DNA of 64,000 nucleotides, from NCBI GenBank assembly GCA_016866495.1, contig VGMG01000005.1, positions 40,686-104,685 on the forward strand, read 5' to 3'. This DNA comes from Chlamydiota bacterium. GTDB lineage: Bacteria; Chlamydiota; Chlamydiia; Chlamydiales; RGXB01. The translations under genes were made by a program, and so were the position numbers. Below the pieces are notes generated by a model. That model saw nothing but the letters and a program-made list of their open reading frames with translations. It made no database searches and was not told where the DNA came from. How positions within the stretch are numbered: position 1 is the stretch's first letter; each line of letters begins with the position of its first letter. This document shows, one piece after another, positions 1 to 9,736 of this stretch.

Positions 1-69
1 TACTTGGCAACAGTTTCATCTGAAGCTCTTGTTGGCTAACAGGATAACCTCTAAGTCAAAATAGAGGAT

Positions 70-1821
70 TTAGGCTCGCGGAAGTACCTGGAAATCTTTG
101 ATCTGCAATTGAATGCTGGTTTTTTCCTGGTACGAATTGATTGTAGGTGTAAAAGCCACGATCAACCGCGAGCCTTTCTTTTTTATCAATTCGTTTCGTC
201 TAGAGGCAAGATTAAAACCTATTCCTTCTAATTGACGTCCGTTTTCTTCTAGGTAAAACTTCAAATGTACTTTTCCAATCACTTTTGGTGGAAACACCTG
301 ATCCGCCTCGCAGAAAAGGGTAGGGGCAGGATTATCTACTCCAAATGGCTCTAAAAGAGATAAGGACTCTAAAAAATCAAATGTAAGATCCTTGAAAGAG
401 ACCTTTGCATCGATGAGCAGTTTAGGGAAAAGGTCCTTATCAGACAGCGATCGCTCTGCTGCTTGAATGAAGCGCTCTTTGAACAGGGGAAATTTTTCAG
501 GGGAGATAGTGAAGCCTGCTGCGTAGTCATGGCCCCCATAATTCATTAGGATAGATTCATTATCTCTTAGTACAGGTAAGATAGGAAATTCGGGAATAGT
601 GCGTACACTGGCCTTCAAAACGCCTTTATCCTCGGTGATCACAGCAGTGGGACGGTTGTAGAGTTTGGACATTCTGGCTGCAATAATGGCTATGATACCG
701 GGATGGCAAGTTTTCGAAAATAAAACGATGGCTTTTCCCTCTAAAAGATCGGGATGCTGTTCAATCATTTTTTCTATTTCTAGAGAGTCACGACGCTCGA
801 TTTTTTGTCTCTCTTGGTTTTTCTTATCGATAAAATCCACGAGTTGAGTCGCTACAGTAAAATCGCGTGTTAAAAGAAGTTCGACCCCTTTCATCGGATC
901 AGAGATCCGGCCTAAGCTATTAAGCCTTGGTGCAAGTTTTGAGGCGATATCTCCGGTTGTTATGGTTTCTGCATTTAGATCTGAGAGATTGAGTAATTTG
1001 AGTAATCCAATCCTTCCAGTTTTGGGAATTTGATTCAGACCATATCTGACCAAAATACGATTTTCTCCCCTTAGCGATCCCATGTCAGCGACTGTTCCAA
1101 TAGCTACAATATCAAGCATGTCCTTTAGATCTATCTCTTCGGGATCAATAGTCCCTTTCAAGGATAAAAAACTTAAAAGAGCGTGCGCAAGCTTAAAAGC
1201 GACTCCTACCCCGGTAAGATCTCTATTCGGGTAAGTGCTATGGTGCAGTTTTGGATTGAGTGTGGCTATGCAACGAAGGTTTTGCGTTCCAGGTTCGTGA
1301 TGGTCTGTTACAATTACGTCTATTTCATAACGATCAGCTCTTTCCACTTCATCTGTAGATGTAAGGCCACAATCGACAGTAATTATAAGCTTACAGCCTT
1401 TTTCAAGAGCAGTCTCGATTGCATCGCTCATCAAGCTCTCTTTGATCTGGTTTCTATTGGGAACACTATAGAAAACATGAACTCCAAGACGCCTAAAAAA
1501 ATCTGTCAAAAGAACAGTACCAGTAATCCCATCGACATCGTTGTCACCAAAAACTAGAATCGATTCTTTATCCTGTATCGCCCTATAGAGTCGATCGACA
1601 GCTTGATCGATTTGTGGCATCAATGAGGGGGAATAGAGATCTGGAAGCTTAGCGTATAAATAGTGGTGAATCTCTACCATTGAAGTAAAACCGCGACTCA
1701 CAAGTATCTGTGCCGTTACCGGATTGATATTGAACTCACGGTTGATTCTTTGGACAAGTAGTGGGTTCTCTTTAGGAAAAACCCACGCAATTTCCTGCTT
1801 TTTTGGAATAGGAGGTATCAA
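70..1821 (-). CDS. recJ: Single-stranded-DNA-specific exonuclease RecJ
   Basis: 583-aa ORF with DHH-family blocks (DNDVDGITG, TVDCG, VTDHHEP) and a DHHA1-like GGHDYAAG block. TTG start overlaps the secDF stop (TTGA). Confidence 0.9.
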   Translation of the reverse strand: MIPPIPKKQEIAWVFPKENPLLVQRINREFNINPVTAQILVSRGFTSMVEIHHYLYAKLPDLYSPSLMPQIDQAVDRLYRAIQDKESILVFGDNDVDGITGTVLLTDFFRRLGVHVFYSVPNRNQIKESLMSDAIETALEKGCKLIITVDCGLTSTDEVERADRYEIDVIVTDHHEPGTQNLRCIATLNPKLHHSTYPNRDLTGVGVAFKLAHALLSFLSLKGTIDPEEIDLKDMLDIVAIGTVADMGSLRGENRILVRYGLNQIPKTGRIGLLKLLNLSDLNAETITTGDIASKLAPRLNSLGRISDPMKGVELLLTRDFTVATQLVDFIDKKNQERQKIERRDSLEIEKMIEQHPDLLEGKAIVLFSKTCHPGIIAIIAARMSKLYNRPTAVITEDKGVLKASVRTIPEFPILPVLRDNESILMNYGGHDYAAGFTISPEKFPLFKERFIQAAERSLSDKDLFPKLLIDAKVSFKDLTFDFLESLSLLEPFGVDNPAPTLFCEADQVFPPKVIGKVHLKFYLEENGRQLEGIGFNLASRRNELIKKKGSRLIVAFTPTINSYQEKTSIQLQIKDFQVLPRA

Positions 1822-4800
1822 GAGTTTTGCTCCTCTAAGGCCTTTTCTTTTCTGCTCTCGTACCCATCAAAGAGAACTAAAAGCAGGCTTGAGATGAAAA
1901 ACGAGGAGAGCGTCCCCACGATCACTCCTATAGACATTAAAAGGGAGAAACCAAAAATACTACTTCCGCCAAAAATTACCATGCACAAAAGAACAACTAA
2001 AGTTGTGGAGGAGGTGAGTAGAGTTCGCGAAAGGGTCACATTTAAGGAGCGATTGACAAGCTCTTTAAATTTCATGCGACCTTGCAATCTTTGATCTTCA
2101 CGAATTCTGTCAAAGACAATAATGGTATCGTTTAGCGAATAACCTGCTATCGTCATGAGAGCTGCTACTGCGTTGAGATCAATTTGAATAGGTAAGCCTA
2201 ATTGATGAAGCACTAGCAGAATCGAAAGTGTCACGATTAAATCATAAAGAAGACCAAGCGTTGCGCTAATCGCATATTTAAATTCAAATCTCACAGTGAT
2301 GTAGATCAAGATTGCCAACAGGGCAATCATAAGCCCTAATGTTGCATTTTTACGCATTGCATCTGACATTTGTCCGCTAACACTTTTAAAAGTAAAATGG
2401 ACCTCTTTCAGGCTGGAGTCGGCAATTTCAATACCTGCGTTTTGGAGGGAATCGATAATGAAATTTAATCTTGGATTGGTCTGGTAGTTGAAATCCAGAT
2501 TTTCCACCTCTTGAGTTAGAGGCATTCCATAAAAAGGTCTTCCTTGTTCATCTAAGGATTTAGCAAAAAAGATCCTCAAATTATAGGGGTGGGAGAGCTC
2601 ACGAACTTGCATCTCTTGTTGATGGATGGAGGCTTTTTTCAAAGCTTGCTCCACAGCATGTTTTGCATCCTCATTTCGATGAGAAGAAACCTCAATCATC
2701 ATCGAGTAGCCACCTGTAAAATCCATCCCATAGATGTGAGATTGATTTTTATAAAGACTGTAGCCCCCAAATACTGTGATCAACAAGCTTAAAACTGCAA
2801 TTGGAAGGGAAAGGTTCAAAAATGGAATGTTTGGACTCTCAATCCATTTACCTATCTTGAGTTCGGCTAGAGAGTTTTTGTTCACCCAACGGTACAAAAA
2901 CGCTCTTGTGGTAAAGTAGGCTGTAAACATAGAAGAGACAACACCGATAATCAATGTGAGAGCAAAACCTTTGACAGGTCCAGCGTCAAAATTGAGTAAG
3001 ATGAGCGCTGCTATGACCGTGGTGACATTAGAGTCTACGATTGCAGAAAATGCTCTTGCAAAACCGTTGTGAACAGATACGGCAAGGTTTTTGTGAATTT
3101 TGAACTCCTCGCGAATTCTTTCAAAAACAAGAACGTTTGCATCGACAGACATACCAATTGTCAAAACTATTGCCGCAATTCCTGCAAGAGTTAGCGACGC
3201 GCCGATATTCTGTAGAACAGCCCAAAGAATCAAAAGATTGAAGAGCACTGCAAAGGAGGCTACAACGCCAAAAAAGCGATAGTAGGAGCACATTACAGCC
3301 ACTACGAGGACAAGCGCTGCTACAGCAGCTACTATACCCTGAGTGCGCTCTTTGATTCCAAGCTCGGGACTAACGTTATTTTCGGAGAGGATATGAGGTG
3401 TATAGGTTAATGATCCCGCTCTTAAATCAGACTCCAGCTTGCTCACCTCTCTTTGGGTAAAGTTTCCAGTGATCATGGCTTTGTCTTTAATTTCAGCATT
3501 CAGAGTCGGCGAAGAGATCACGTTTCCATTCAAGATGACAGCCATTCTCCAGCCCCTTGCATGTGAATACTGCTCTAACTCTGTACCAAGGACCTTGTCT
3601 TGACTAAAGACTTTTGTCCAATTGGAGAGAAGAGATTGAGGAGACTCCACGTTTCCGTTGAAGCTTTTCTTGGAATTTTTCACCTCGAAGGATAAAAAGT
3701 TTCCATTTTTAGGATCGTATGAAGCTCGGACGCCCTCAAGAGAAGAGCCTTCGAGTGCGTAGTTGTTGAAAACAATCAACAAAGGATGTGTTTGGCCACC
3801 CCAGGTGGTAGTGGTTTCGCCCTTAAAGATAGCTATTTTACTAAGAGCGTTGTCAAAATCATTATAGCTTCCGTTTTCAGGGGGAGCAAGTTTTAGACCA
3901 GCTTCTAGTAGCGCTCTTGCAGAATCGGTTTTAGGGAGAGGATTTGCTACATCCCCATTTTCGCCATAAAGATGGTTGAATGCAATGGAGTGGATCTCAT
4001 CAGCCTCTTTTTTTCCTTTGACAACCGCTTCACTCCACACATCTTGGAGAAAACGATTAGAAACATCTTTTAAGGAAGGGTTCATCAAAGAGAATTTTTC
4101 GTTGACAATATGGAACGTCATTGACGATGAGCGTATGAGGTCACTAGCTGAAATATCTTGGGAGCCAGGAAAATCGAGAATGATATTTGAGCCCTCAATG
4201 CGTATAGAAACCTCCGAGACACCCATTTTGTTCACGCGATTGAAAAGCTCGTTTACCCCTTGTTTGAGATCAAATTCGTTATTTACAGTTTTTCCTGCAG
4301 GGTCTTTGAGTTGAATCTCAACGGTTTTACCCCCAGAGAGGTCAAGCCCCCACTTTAGTACCTTTCTATCATCACCGCGGAAATATTTTTTCAAGGAGAT
4401 GACCAGGTTATTCCATAACGCTGAACGGGTAGGTTTAGGAGCATCAAAGTAGGTGCGTTGAGAAGGGTCTATTTGCGCAGAATTATATAAATCATTCGAG
4501 CGAAGGAGCTCTTCTTGCTCTTTAGATTCAATCTGATTTTGGGTCAAAATACGCTGTCTTACATCAGAAAATTCGAGATGGGCAAAAGTTTTCGAACCTT
4601 TTAGCTGGAATGTCTCGCGTGTTGCAGCTATTACTGGCTCTATCACTTGGGGTAATTCAAATATTAGATCACTTTGGAATTCTTTACTCAAATGCAAAGC
4701 AGCACCGGGATAAGCATGGAATCCTTGCTTTTGCATTAGGGACATCAATTGCTTCAGATCTTCGTTAAATGCTCGTGCCGTCTCATTTTTAAGAGAAACG

Positions 4801-6329
4801 TACTTGTTATAAATTTTATAGAAATCTTTGAAGATAAGGTAGCAGGAATCTCCCTTGAATCCACCTAAAGGAAATTTCCCTTCGAGTCCAGGCGCGTAAG
4901 CAACGATCTGGAATGTTTTTTGTGAGGCAGACTGAAGATTAAAATCGTGGAATGACACTACCGGGTAGTTTTCCCTTGTCAGGTCGACTGTTTGGGGCTC
5001 AAAAGAGTTCAAACGGGATATAGCCCTATCCAAAGCTTTTTGAAGTACAGGTTTGCAATTCAAAACTAAAAGAGACTTTGTGGACTGTAGATTAGAGAGT
5101 GCTGAGGCGAAGTGTTGCCCCTGGGGTTTAAAATCCTCTTGGGTCTCTAACGAGACTCTGGCTAGCTCTTTGTAGATAATCGATCGGATTACCTCTTTTT
5201 TCGCAGCACTTGCGGTATTTAGGCTCTCTTCAACATCGGGGTGGAGCACTAAAATAATCTGTTCTTTTGCAAGATCAAGCTGGATAAAAGCAAAAAGAGG
5301 ATTATTTTTGTTCAAAAGAATCTGACCGTGTTTTGCAAAGCAGGTTTCAACAGCGTCATAGGATAAAGGGGTGGTGCCTTGGCTGAAATCTCTTAAGTGA
5401 TTTTTAACGATGTACAGAGCATCCCGCACTTTGTGCTCTTTAATAAGCAGCTGGTGGTTTTTATCTTTTTGGGCTTGATCAATTGGAGTGGAAGCAACAG
5501 AATTTGCAGTGATCAAATCTTCGATTGCGACTCTCTCTTTTTGGTACTTATCTTTGAGGGCCGAGAGGGACTCCATCAGAGCATAACCTAGAGAATTTTT
5601 GTCTTGAAGGTGGGCTTGGGTCAAAGAGGAGATAAAGCGTTTTGTTGCCGGGGATTTTTCACCAAAAGCTGCCTTGTAATCCAAAAGAGTCTGTGCGTAT
5701 TGCAGTAGCGGCTCTTCAGATCGGGGATCCTGAAGATTTGCTGTCGATACTGTTACAAGCTCTGCAGCTTCCGATACACCACCAAGTGAGTTTGCTAATT
5801 GGTACACTCGATCTAGGGCAACTTGCTGCCACTCTGCTGTCGGATGTTTGTTTTCATCAAATTTATCGACAAACCGGAACATCTCCTGACGTTGATCTTG
5901 TCCAAAGTGCACGGGAATTTTTCTTTGAATCTCCACTTTGAGAGGATCAAAACTGTCCCCGGCGATCGTAAGCTGAGAGGGGTAGAAGGGGATCAAGCCC
6001 CCGGCTCGTGGTAGGAGTTGTTGAAATTTTTTCGCCTCTTCCGATTGGTTGAAAGTGACTTCAATCTTGTCGCTGAAGATCGGGTCGAGCTCTACCGACT
6101 TGATCTTCACTCCAATTAACTGTCCAAAAGAGTAGATCCAATCGATGGAGTCTTTTTCAAGCCTATTCACACGGTCCGAAATAGAATTTTGGATATCGAT
6201 CGCTCTACTAGCACCGATTTTTTCGGTAAGCGGTTTTGAGTAAAAGAGGATAGTCGGTAAAATATTATAGACTGTCAAAAGACTAACGGTTGCGATCAAC
6301 CAAGAGTGCCAACGTTTCTGTTTCTCCAT
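1818..6329 (-). CDS. secDF: Fused protein-export membrane protein SecD/SecF with a very large first periplasmic domain
   Basis: Single ORF of about 1500 aa. It has an N-terminal TM (WLIATVSLLTVYNILPTILFY), roughly 950 aa of non-hydrophobic sequence, then two 6-TM SecD/SecF-type bundles (SVDANVLVFERIREE and SLNDTIIVFDRIRED repeats). The ORF is open to 6377 (TTG); I prefer ATG 6329 (MEKQKRW...). Start uncertain. Confidence 0.9.
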   Translation of the reverse strand: MEKQKRWHSWLIATVSLLTVYNILPTILFYSKPLTEKIGASRAIDIQNSISDRVNRLEKDSIDWIYSFGQLIGVKIKSVELDPIFSDKIEVTFNQSEEAKKFQQLLPRAGGLIPFYPSQLTIAGDSFDPLKVEIQRKIPVHFGQDQRQEMFRFVDKFDENKHPTAEWQQVALDRVYQLANSLGGVSEAAELVTVSTANLQDPRSEEPLLQYAQTLLDYKAAFGEKSPATKRFISSLTQAHLQDKNSLGYALMESLSALKDKYQKERVAIEDLITANSVASTPIDQAQKDKNHQLLIKEHKVRDALYIVKNHLRDFSQGTTPLSYDAVETCFAKHGQILLNKNNPLFAFIQLDLAKEQIILVLHPDVEESLNTASAAKKEVIRSIIYKELARVSLETQEDFKPQGQHFASALSNLQSTKSLLVLNCKPVLQKALDRAISRLNSFEPQTVDLTRENYPVVSFHDFNLQSASQKTFQIVAYAPGLEGKFPLGGFKGDSCYLIFKDFYKIYNKYVSLKNETARAFNEDLKQLMSLMQKQGFHAYPGAALHLSKEFQSDLIFELPQVIEPVIAATRETFQLKGSKTFAHLEFSDVRQRILTQNQIESKEQEELLRSNDLYNSAQIDPSQRTYFDAPKPTRSALWNNLVISLKKYFRGDDRKVLKWGLDLSGGKTVEIQLKDPAGKTVNNEFDLKQGVNELFNRVNKMGVSEVSIRIEGSNIILDFPGSQDISASDLIRSSSMTFHIVNEKFSLMNPSLKDVSNRFLQDVWSEAVVKGKKEADEIHSIAFNHLYGENGDVANPLPKTDSARALLEAGLKLAPPENGSYNDFDNALSKIAIFKGETTTTWGGQTHPLLIVFNNYALEGSSLEGVRASYDPKNGNFLSFEVKNSKKSFNGNVESPQSLLSNWTKVFSQDKVLGTELEQYSHARGWRMAVILNGNVISSPTLNAEIKDKAMITGNFTQREVSKLESDLRAGSLTYTPHILSENNVSPELGIKERTQGIVAAVAALVLVVAVMCSYYRFFGVVASFAVLFNLLILWAVLQNIGASLTLAGIAAIVLTIGMSVDANVLVFERIREEFKIHKNLAVSVHNGFARAFSAIVDSNVTTVIAALILLNFDAGPVKGFALTLIIGVVSSMFTAYFTTRAFLYRWVNKNSLAELKIGKWIESPNIPFLNLSLPIAVLSLLITVFGGYSLYKNQSHIYGMDFTGGYSMMIEVSSHRNEDAKHAVEQALKKASIHQQEMQVRELSHPYNLRIFFAKSLDEQGRPFYGMPLTQEVENLDFNYQTNPRLNFIIDSLQNAGIEIADSSLKEVHFTFKSVSGQMSDAMRKNATLGLMIALLAILIYITVRFEFKYAISATLGLLYDLIVTLSILLVLHQLGLPIQIDLNAVAALMTIAGYSLNDTIIVFDRIREDQRLQGRMKFKELVNRSLNVTLSRTLLTSSTTLVVLLCMVIFGGSSIFGFSLLMSIGVIVGTLSSFFISSLLLVLFDGYESRKEKALEEQNS

Positions 6330-6501
6330 AGAAAACAAGACCATTTCATGAAATTTAAAGCTTAGAATACATCTCAAACTAGATTCTGTCTACCCTTAAA
6401 TGTGCCCAAACTTCTTCACAGAGAATTTCAAAAAAGCCTATTTTGATCAGCAAATCATCTCGTGAATCTTTTTTAGGTGAATTGAAGTTGAATTTTTTCT
6501 T

Positions 6502-7254
6502 TTGGTTTTGCTACAATTGAGCCTTTTAAGAGGTCAAAAATTGACAGTTTTAAACCACGTTGCTCTCATTTTAGATGGTAATAGAAGGTGGGCAACAGCT
6601 CGTGGACTTCCTGTTATTGAGGGGTATAAGCTAGGCGCTCAAAGGGTGAAAGAGATCATTTCTTTGTCCTTTCAAAAGCGGCTTCCGATGCTTACGATGT
6701 ACTTTTTTTCGACGGAAAACTGGATTAGAGATCCTAACGAGGTGGGGGCGCTTTTCTCTTTTATGAGTGAATTTTTGAGTGATAACCTGTCCCTTCTCAT
6801 CGATCAAGGAGTGCGTATCTCAGCCCTGGGAAGGCTCGATAGATTACCCTTTTTTTTAAAAAAATCCATTGAAGACGCGATAGAGAAAACGGCTAGGGGT
6901 GGAGGGCTAGAGCTCAATATAGCTTTAGACTATGGTGGAAGAGATGAAATCTTGAGAGCTGTATCAAAAGCAACAAAACATCATAACGGAGATTTTGAGC
7001 TTTTAAATGAAGAGCATTTCTCTAACTTTTTAGATCTGCCAGGTATGCCCGATCCTGACCTTGTGATTCGGACTGGCGGGGAGATGAGGATAAGCAATTT
7101 TTTGATATGGCAAATTGCTTATTCAGAACTATTTTTTTCAAAAAAATTGTGGCCCGATTTTACAGTGGAAGACTTCGACGAGGCCCTTTTAGATTATCAA
7201 CAAAGAAGTCGAAGGAGAGGCGGCGATGCCCGGTGTATTTCACGACTTGTCTAA
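6502..7254 (+). CDS. uppS: Undecaprenyl (isoprenyl) diphosphate synthase
   Basis: HVALILDGNRRWA, FFSTENW, RTGGEMRISNFLIWQIAYSELFF motifs typical of cis-prenyltransferases. No in-frame ATG near the N-terminus, so a TTG start is implied. Confidence 0.9.
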   Translation: MVLLQLSLLRGQKLTVLNHVALILDGNRRWATARGLPVIEGYKLGAQRVKEIISLSFQKRLPMLTMYFFSTENWIRDPNEVGALFSFMSEFLSDNLSLLIDQGVRISALGRLDRLPFFLKKSIEDAIEKTARGGGLELNIALDYGGRDEILRAVSKATKHHNGDFELLNEEHFSNFLDLPGMPDPDLVIRTGGEMRISNFLIWQIAYSELFFSKKLWPDFTVEDFDEALLDYQQRSRRRGGDARCISRLV

Positions 7255-8035
7255 ACGTTTATCGATGTCTTCGGGAATTATTTTGATGCTCGTGATCAGT
7301 TTTTTTGGCGCTGATTACTGGCCTGTACAATTTCTGACTGTCCTTTTTGTTGCAACGATTACGATGGCTGCCATGATAGAGTACGTAGCTTTAGTTAAAC
7401 ATAAGGGGGACCCCCCTTCAAAATACCTTTTGGCTGGAATTGGAGTTTTTTGGCCTGTTGCCTTTTTTCTATTCCCATCTTGGATTTGGTTAATACTTAT
7501 TTTTTTAGGCTTTTTTGTATATAACTTCTATTTTATCGATGGAGCTCTATACAGGGTAGCAACGGGCTCGTTTGCGATGTTATATATTTTAGTTCCTATC
7601 GGCATGATTCTTTCTATTTTGTACCCGCAGGGAATCGGTTCAAAAGGGGATATGGCCCTAGTGATTTACCTTGTCGCTGTTACAAAAGTTGCAGATGTGG
7701 GGGGATATTTTATGGGGCGACTTTTCGGTAAAACAAAACTTGCGCCAAACATAAGCCCATCAAAAACTATTGTGGGGGCTGTTTTTGGCCTTATAAGCTC
7801 AGTTCTAGTCAGCCTTCTTTTGGCATGTTATGTAAACATCTCTAATCAAGAGGCGTTATTTCTTGGTTTGATTTTAGGGGTTGCTGCTGAATTGGGTGAC
7901 TTGGCAGAATCGGTTTTGAAAAGGGATGCACATGTCAAAGATAGCAATCAAATACCGGGCCTTGGAGGGGTTTTGGATCTGATCGATTCGTTATTGTTTA
8001 CAACTCCCATACTTTTTGCCTATTTTAGATTCTAA
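7226..8035 (+). CDS. cdsA: Phosphatidate cytidylyltransferase (CDP-diacylglycerol synthase)
   Basis: Polytopic 269-aa ORF with the CdsA C-terminal signature (SVLKRDAHVKDSNQIPGLGGVLDLIDS). Strong SD (GAAGGAGAGG) 5 nt before ATG 7226. Overlaps the uppS end by 29 nt. Confidence 0.85.
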   Translation: MPGVFHDLSKRLSMSSGIILMLVISFFGADYWPVQFLTVLFVATITMAAMIEYVALVKHKGDPPSKYLLAGIGVFWPVAFFLFPSWIWLILIFLGFFVYNFYFIDGALYRVATGSFAMLYILVPIGMILSILYPQGIGSKGDMALVIYLVAVTKVADVGGYFMGRLFGKTKLAPNISPSKTIVGAVFGLISSVLVSLLLACYVNISNQEALFLGLILGVAAELGDLAESVLKRDAHVKDSNQIPGLGGVLDLIDSLLFTTPILFAYFRF

Positions 8036-9357
8036 TGTCACATTTTATAATAACAATCGATGGCCCAAGCGCCTCCGGAAAATCGACTTTGGCAAAAAAA
8101 ATTGCCCAAAGACTAGGGATTAATTACCTAGATTCTGGAGCTTTTTACCGTTCGATTGCAGCTTATCTGATTGAAAAAGATGTCCCATCGGAAGAGGAAT
8201 CTTTTTTAAGCACATTTTTAGAAGGAGCTCAGTTAAAACTAAAGTATGAGGGGAGCTTTGCCCGCTACTATTTTAATGATCTTGAGGTTACCCCCTTTTT
8301 GAGAAAAGAGCCCGTAGCGATGAAGGCCTCTTTTATAGCTAAACAAAAAGCCGTACGAAATTTTGTGAATAAAAATCTGCAAGAAATCTCTAAAAAGGGA
8401 GATTTTATTGCGGACGGCAGAGATTTGGGTTCAAAAGTATTTCCTTTTGCTGATGTCAAATTTTTTTTAACAGCAACTCTTGAATCGAGAGCAAAAAGAC
8501 GAGAGCTTGAGCAAAAAACCATGGGAATTGAAACAAGCTTTGAAAAAGTTTTAGAGCAGCTAAAACTTAGAGATGAGCAGGATTCAAAAAGAAAAATCGA
8601 CCCTCTTGTGAAACCAGAGGACGCCTTTTTTATTGATACGACCTCTTTTACATCTGAAGAGGTTTGCGACCAGATGCTCTTTGAGATAAAAAAAAAGTTC
8701 TCTGTCCAACCTAGCTTTTTTCGCACCTTTATCTGTATTTTTTTGAAGGGCTATTTTTCGCTTTTCTATCGATTCCAAGTTTTTGGAGAGGAGTATTCCC
8801 GTAAATTTTTAGGGGGACTAGTCTACGCAAATCACACCTCTTTTTACGATGGATTGTTACTCTTAACTCTTTTAGGCCCAAACACGGTATTTATTGCTAG
8901 CCAGAAAGTGATGAATAAAAATTTTCTTATACGCCTTATTACCTCATTGTTCCCCTTAATTTTGGTGGATGAAAAAAAAATGCCGCGCGATTTTTTCCGT
9001 TCATGCAATAGAGCGATCCACCGCGGTTGCCCAATTGTGATATTTCCTGAGGGAGCACGATCTACAGAGGGCGTTATTTCCCCTTTTAAAGAGGGGATAT
9101 CCTCAATTATTGTCCATTGTAAAGTAAAAGAGGTTCTTCCCATTTACATCGGGGGGGTTTATACTATCTGGCCGAAAGGCAAATTGCTTCCCTCTTTTTT
9201 TAAGAAAATTACTGTTTTAGTCTCAAAACCGATTCAAGTTTCAGGGCATGAGGAGGTAGAGACCAAAAACAATAGAGCTTTTCTGACTGACCAACTAAGG
9301 GGAAGACTCAAAAATTTAGAAAAACATTTTAAGGATACATATGAGTGTAGAACATGA
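8035..9357 (+). CDS. cmk: Cytidylate kinase fused to a PlsC-type 1-acyl-sn-glycerol-3-phosphate acyltransferase
   Basis: N-terminal half has the P-loop ITIDGPSASGKST, LDSGAFYRS and DGRDLGS (Cmk). C-terminal half has acyltransferase blocks NHTSFYDG (HX4D) and FPEGARSTEG. One uninterrupted 440-aa frame. TAATG overlap with cdsA. Confidence 0.8.
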   Translation: MSHFIITIDGPSASGKSTLAKKIAQRLGINYLDSGAFYRSIAAYLIEKDVPSEEESFLSTFLEGAQLKLKYEGSFARYYFNDLEVTPFLRKEPVAMKASFIAKQKAVRNFVNKNLQEISKKGDFIADGRDLGSKVFPFADVKFFLTATLESRAKRRELEQKTMGIETSFEKVLEQLKLRDEQDSKRKIDPLVKPEDAFFIDTTSFTSEEVCDQMLFEIKKKFSVQPSFFRTFICIFLKGYFSLFYRFQVFGEEYSRKFLGGLVYANHTSFYDGLLLLTLLGPNTVFIASQKVMNKNFLIRLITSLFPLILVDEKKMPRDFFRSCNRAIHRGCPIVIFPEGARSTEGVISPFKEGISSIIVHCKVKEVLPIYIGGVYTIWPKGKLLPSFFKKITVLVSKPIQVSGHEEVETKNNRAFLTDQLRGRLKNLEKHFKDTYECRT

Positions 9358-9649
9358 GTTAACACAGGAAAATTTTGATGCAAAAGTTCTCAAAGCAAAG
9401 GGGACTGTGCTGGTAGATTTTTGGGCACCATGGTGTGGTCCTTGTAGGCAGTTAGCCCCCTTAATTGAAGAGCTTGCGGTGGAGCGCCCAGGTCAAGTTT
9501 TTAAGGTGAATGTGGATCACGCACAAGACTTAGCAGCCCGTTATGGTATTCGAAGCATCCCAACACTTGTTTTTTTCAAAAACGGGGAAGTGGCAGATAC
9601 TCTTGTGGGTGTTCATACAAAATCTACTATTACTGACAAAATGAAATAA
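9341..9649 (+). CDS. trxA: Thioredoxin
   Basis: 102 aa, active site WAPWCGPCR, with IRSIPTL and GV...K blocks. AAGGA SD 5 nt upstream. Confidence 0.92.
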   Translation: MSVEHELTQENFDAKVLKAKGTVLVDFWAPWCGPCRQLAPLIEELAVERPGQVFKVNVDHAQDLAARYGIRSIPTLVFFKNGEVADTLVGVHTKSTITDKMK

Positions 9650-9678
9650 AAGTTTTTTATATTTTTTCGTGATGCAAT

Positions 9679-9720
9679 AAAAAACCCTCTATTGTCTAGC
9701 AATAGAGGGTTTTTCTTTTT
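9679..9720. terminator. Bidirectional rho-independent terminator between convergent trxA and mip
   Basis: 9-bp stem CCCTCTATT (9685-9693) / AATAGAGGG (9701-9709) with a 7-nt loop, an A-run on the 5' side and a T-run on the 3' side. Confidence 0.6.
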
Positions 9721-9736
9721 TTAAGTAGGTGGAGTG

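Noticed and set aside
6296-6312. Sigma-54-like element on the minus strand (TTGGCAC-N5-GTTGA)
   Set aside because: It lies inside the secDF coding sequence (codons for RWHSWLI), the downstream element is imperfect, and no gene follows it.
8268-8726. 152-aa and 64-aa ORFs antisense to cmk/plsC
   Set aside because: Shadow ORFs inside a gene with clear Cmk motifs, with low-complexity Ser/Phe/Lys-rich translation.
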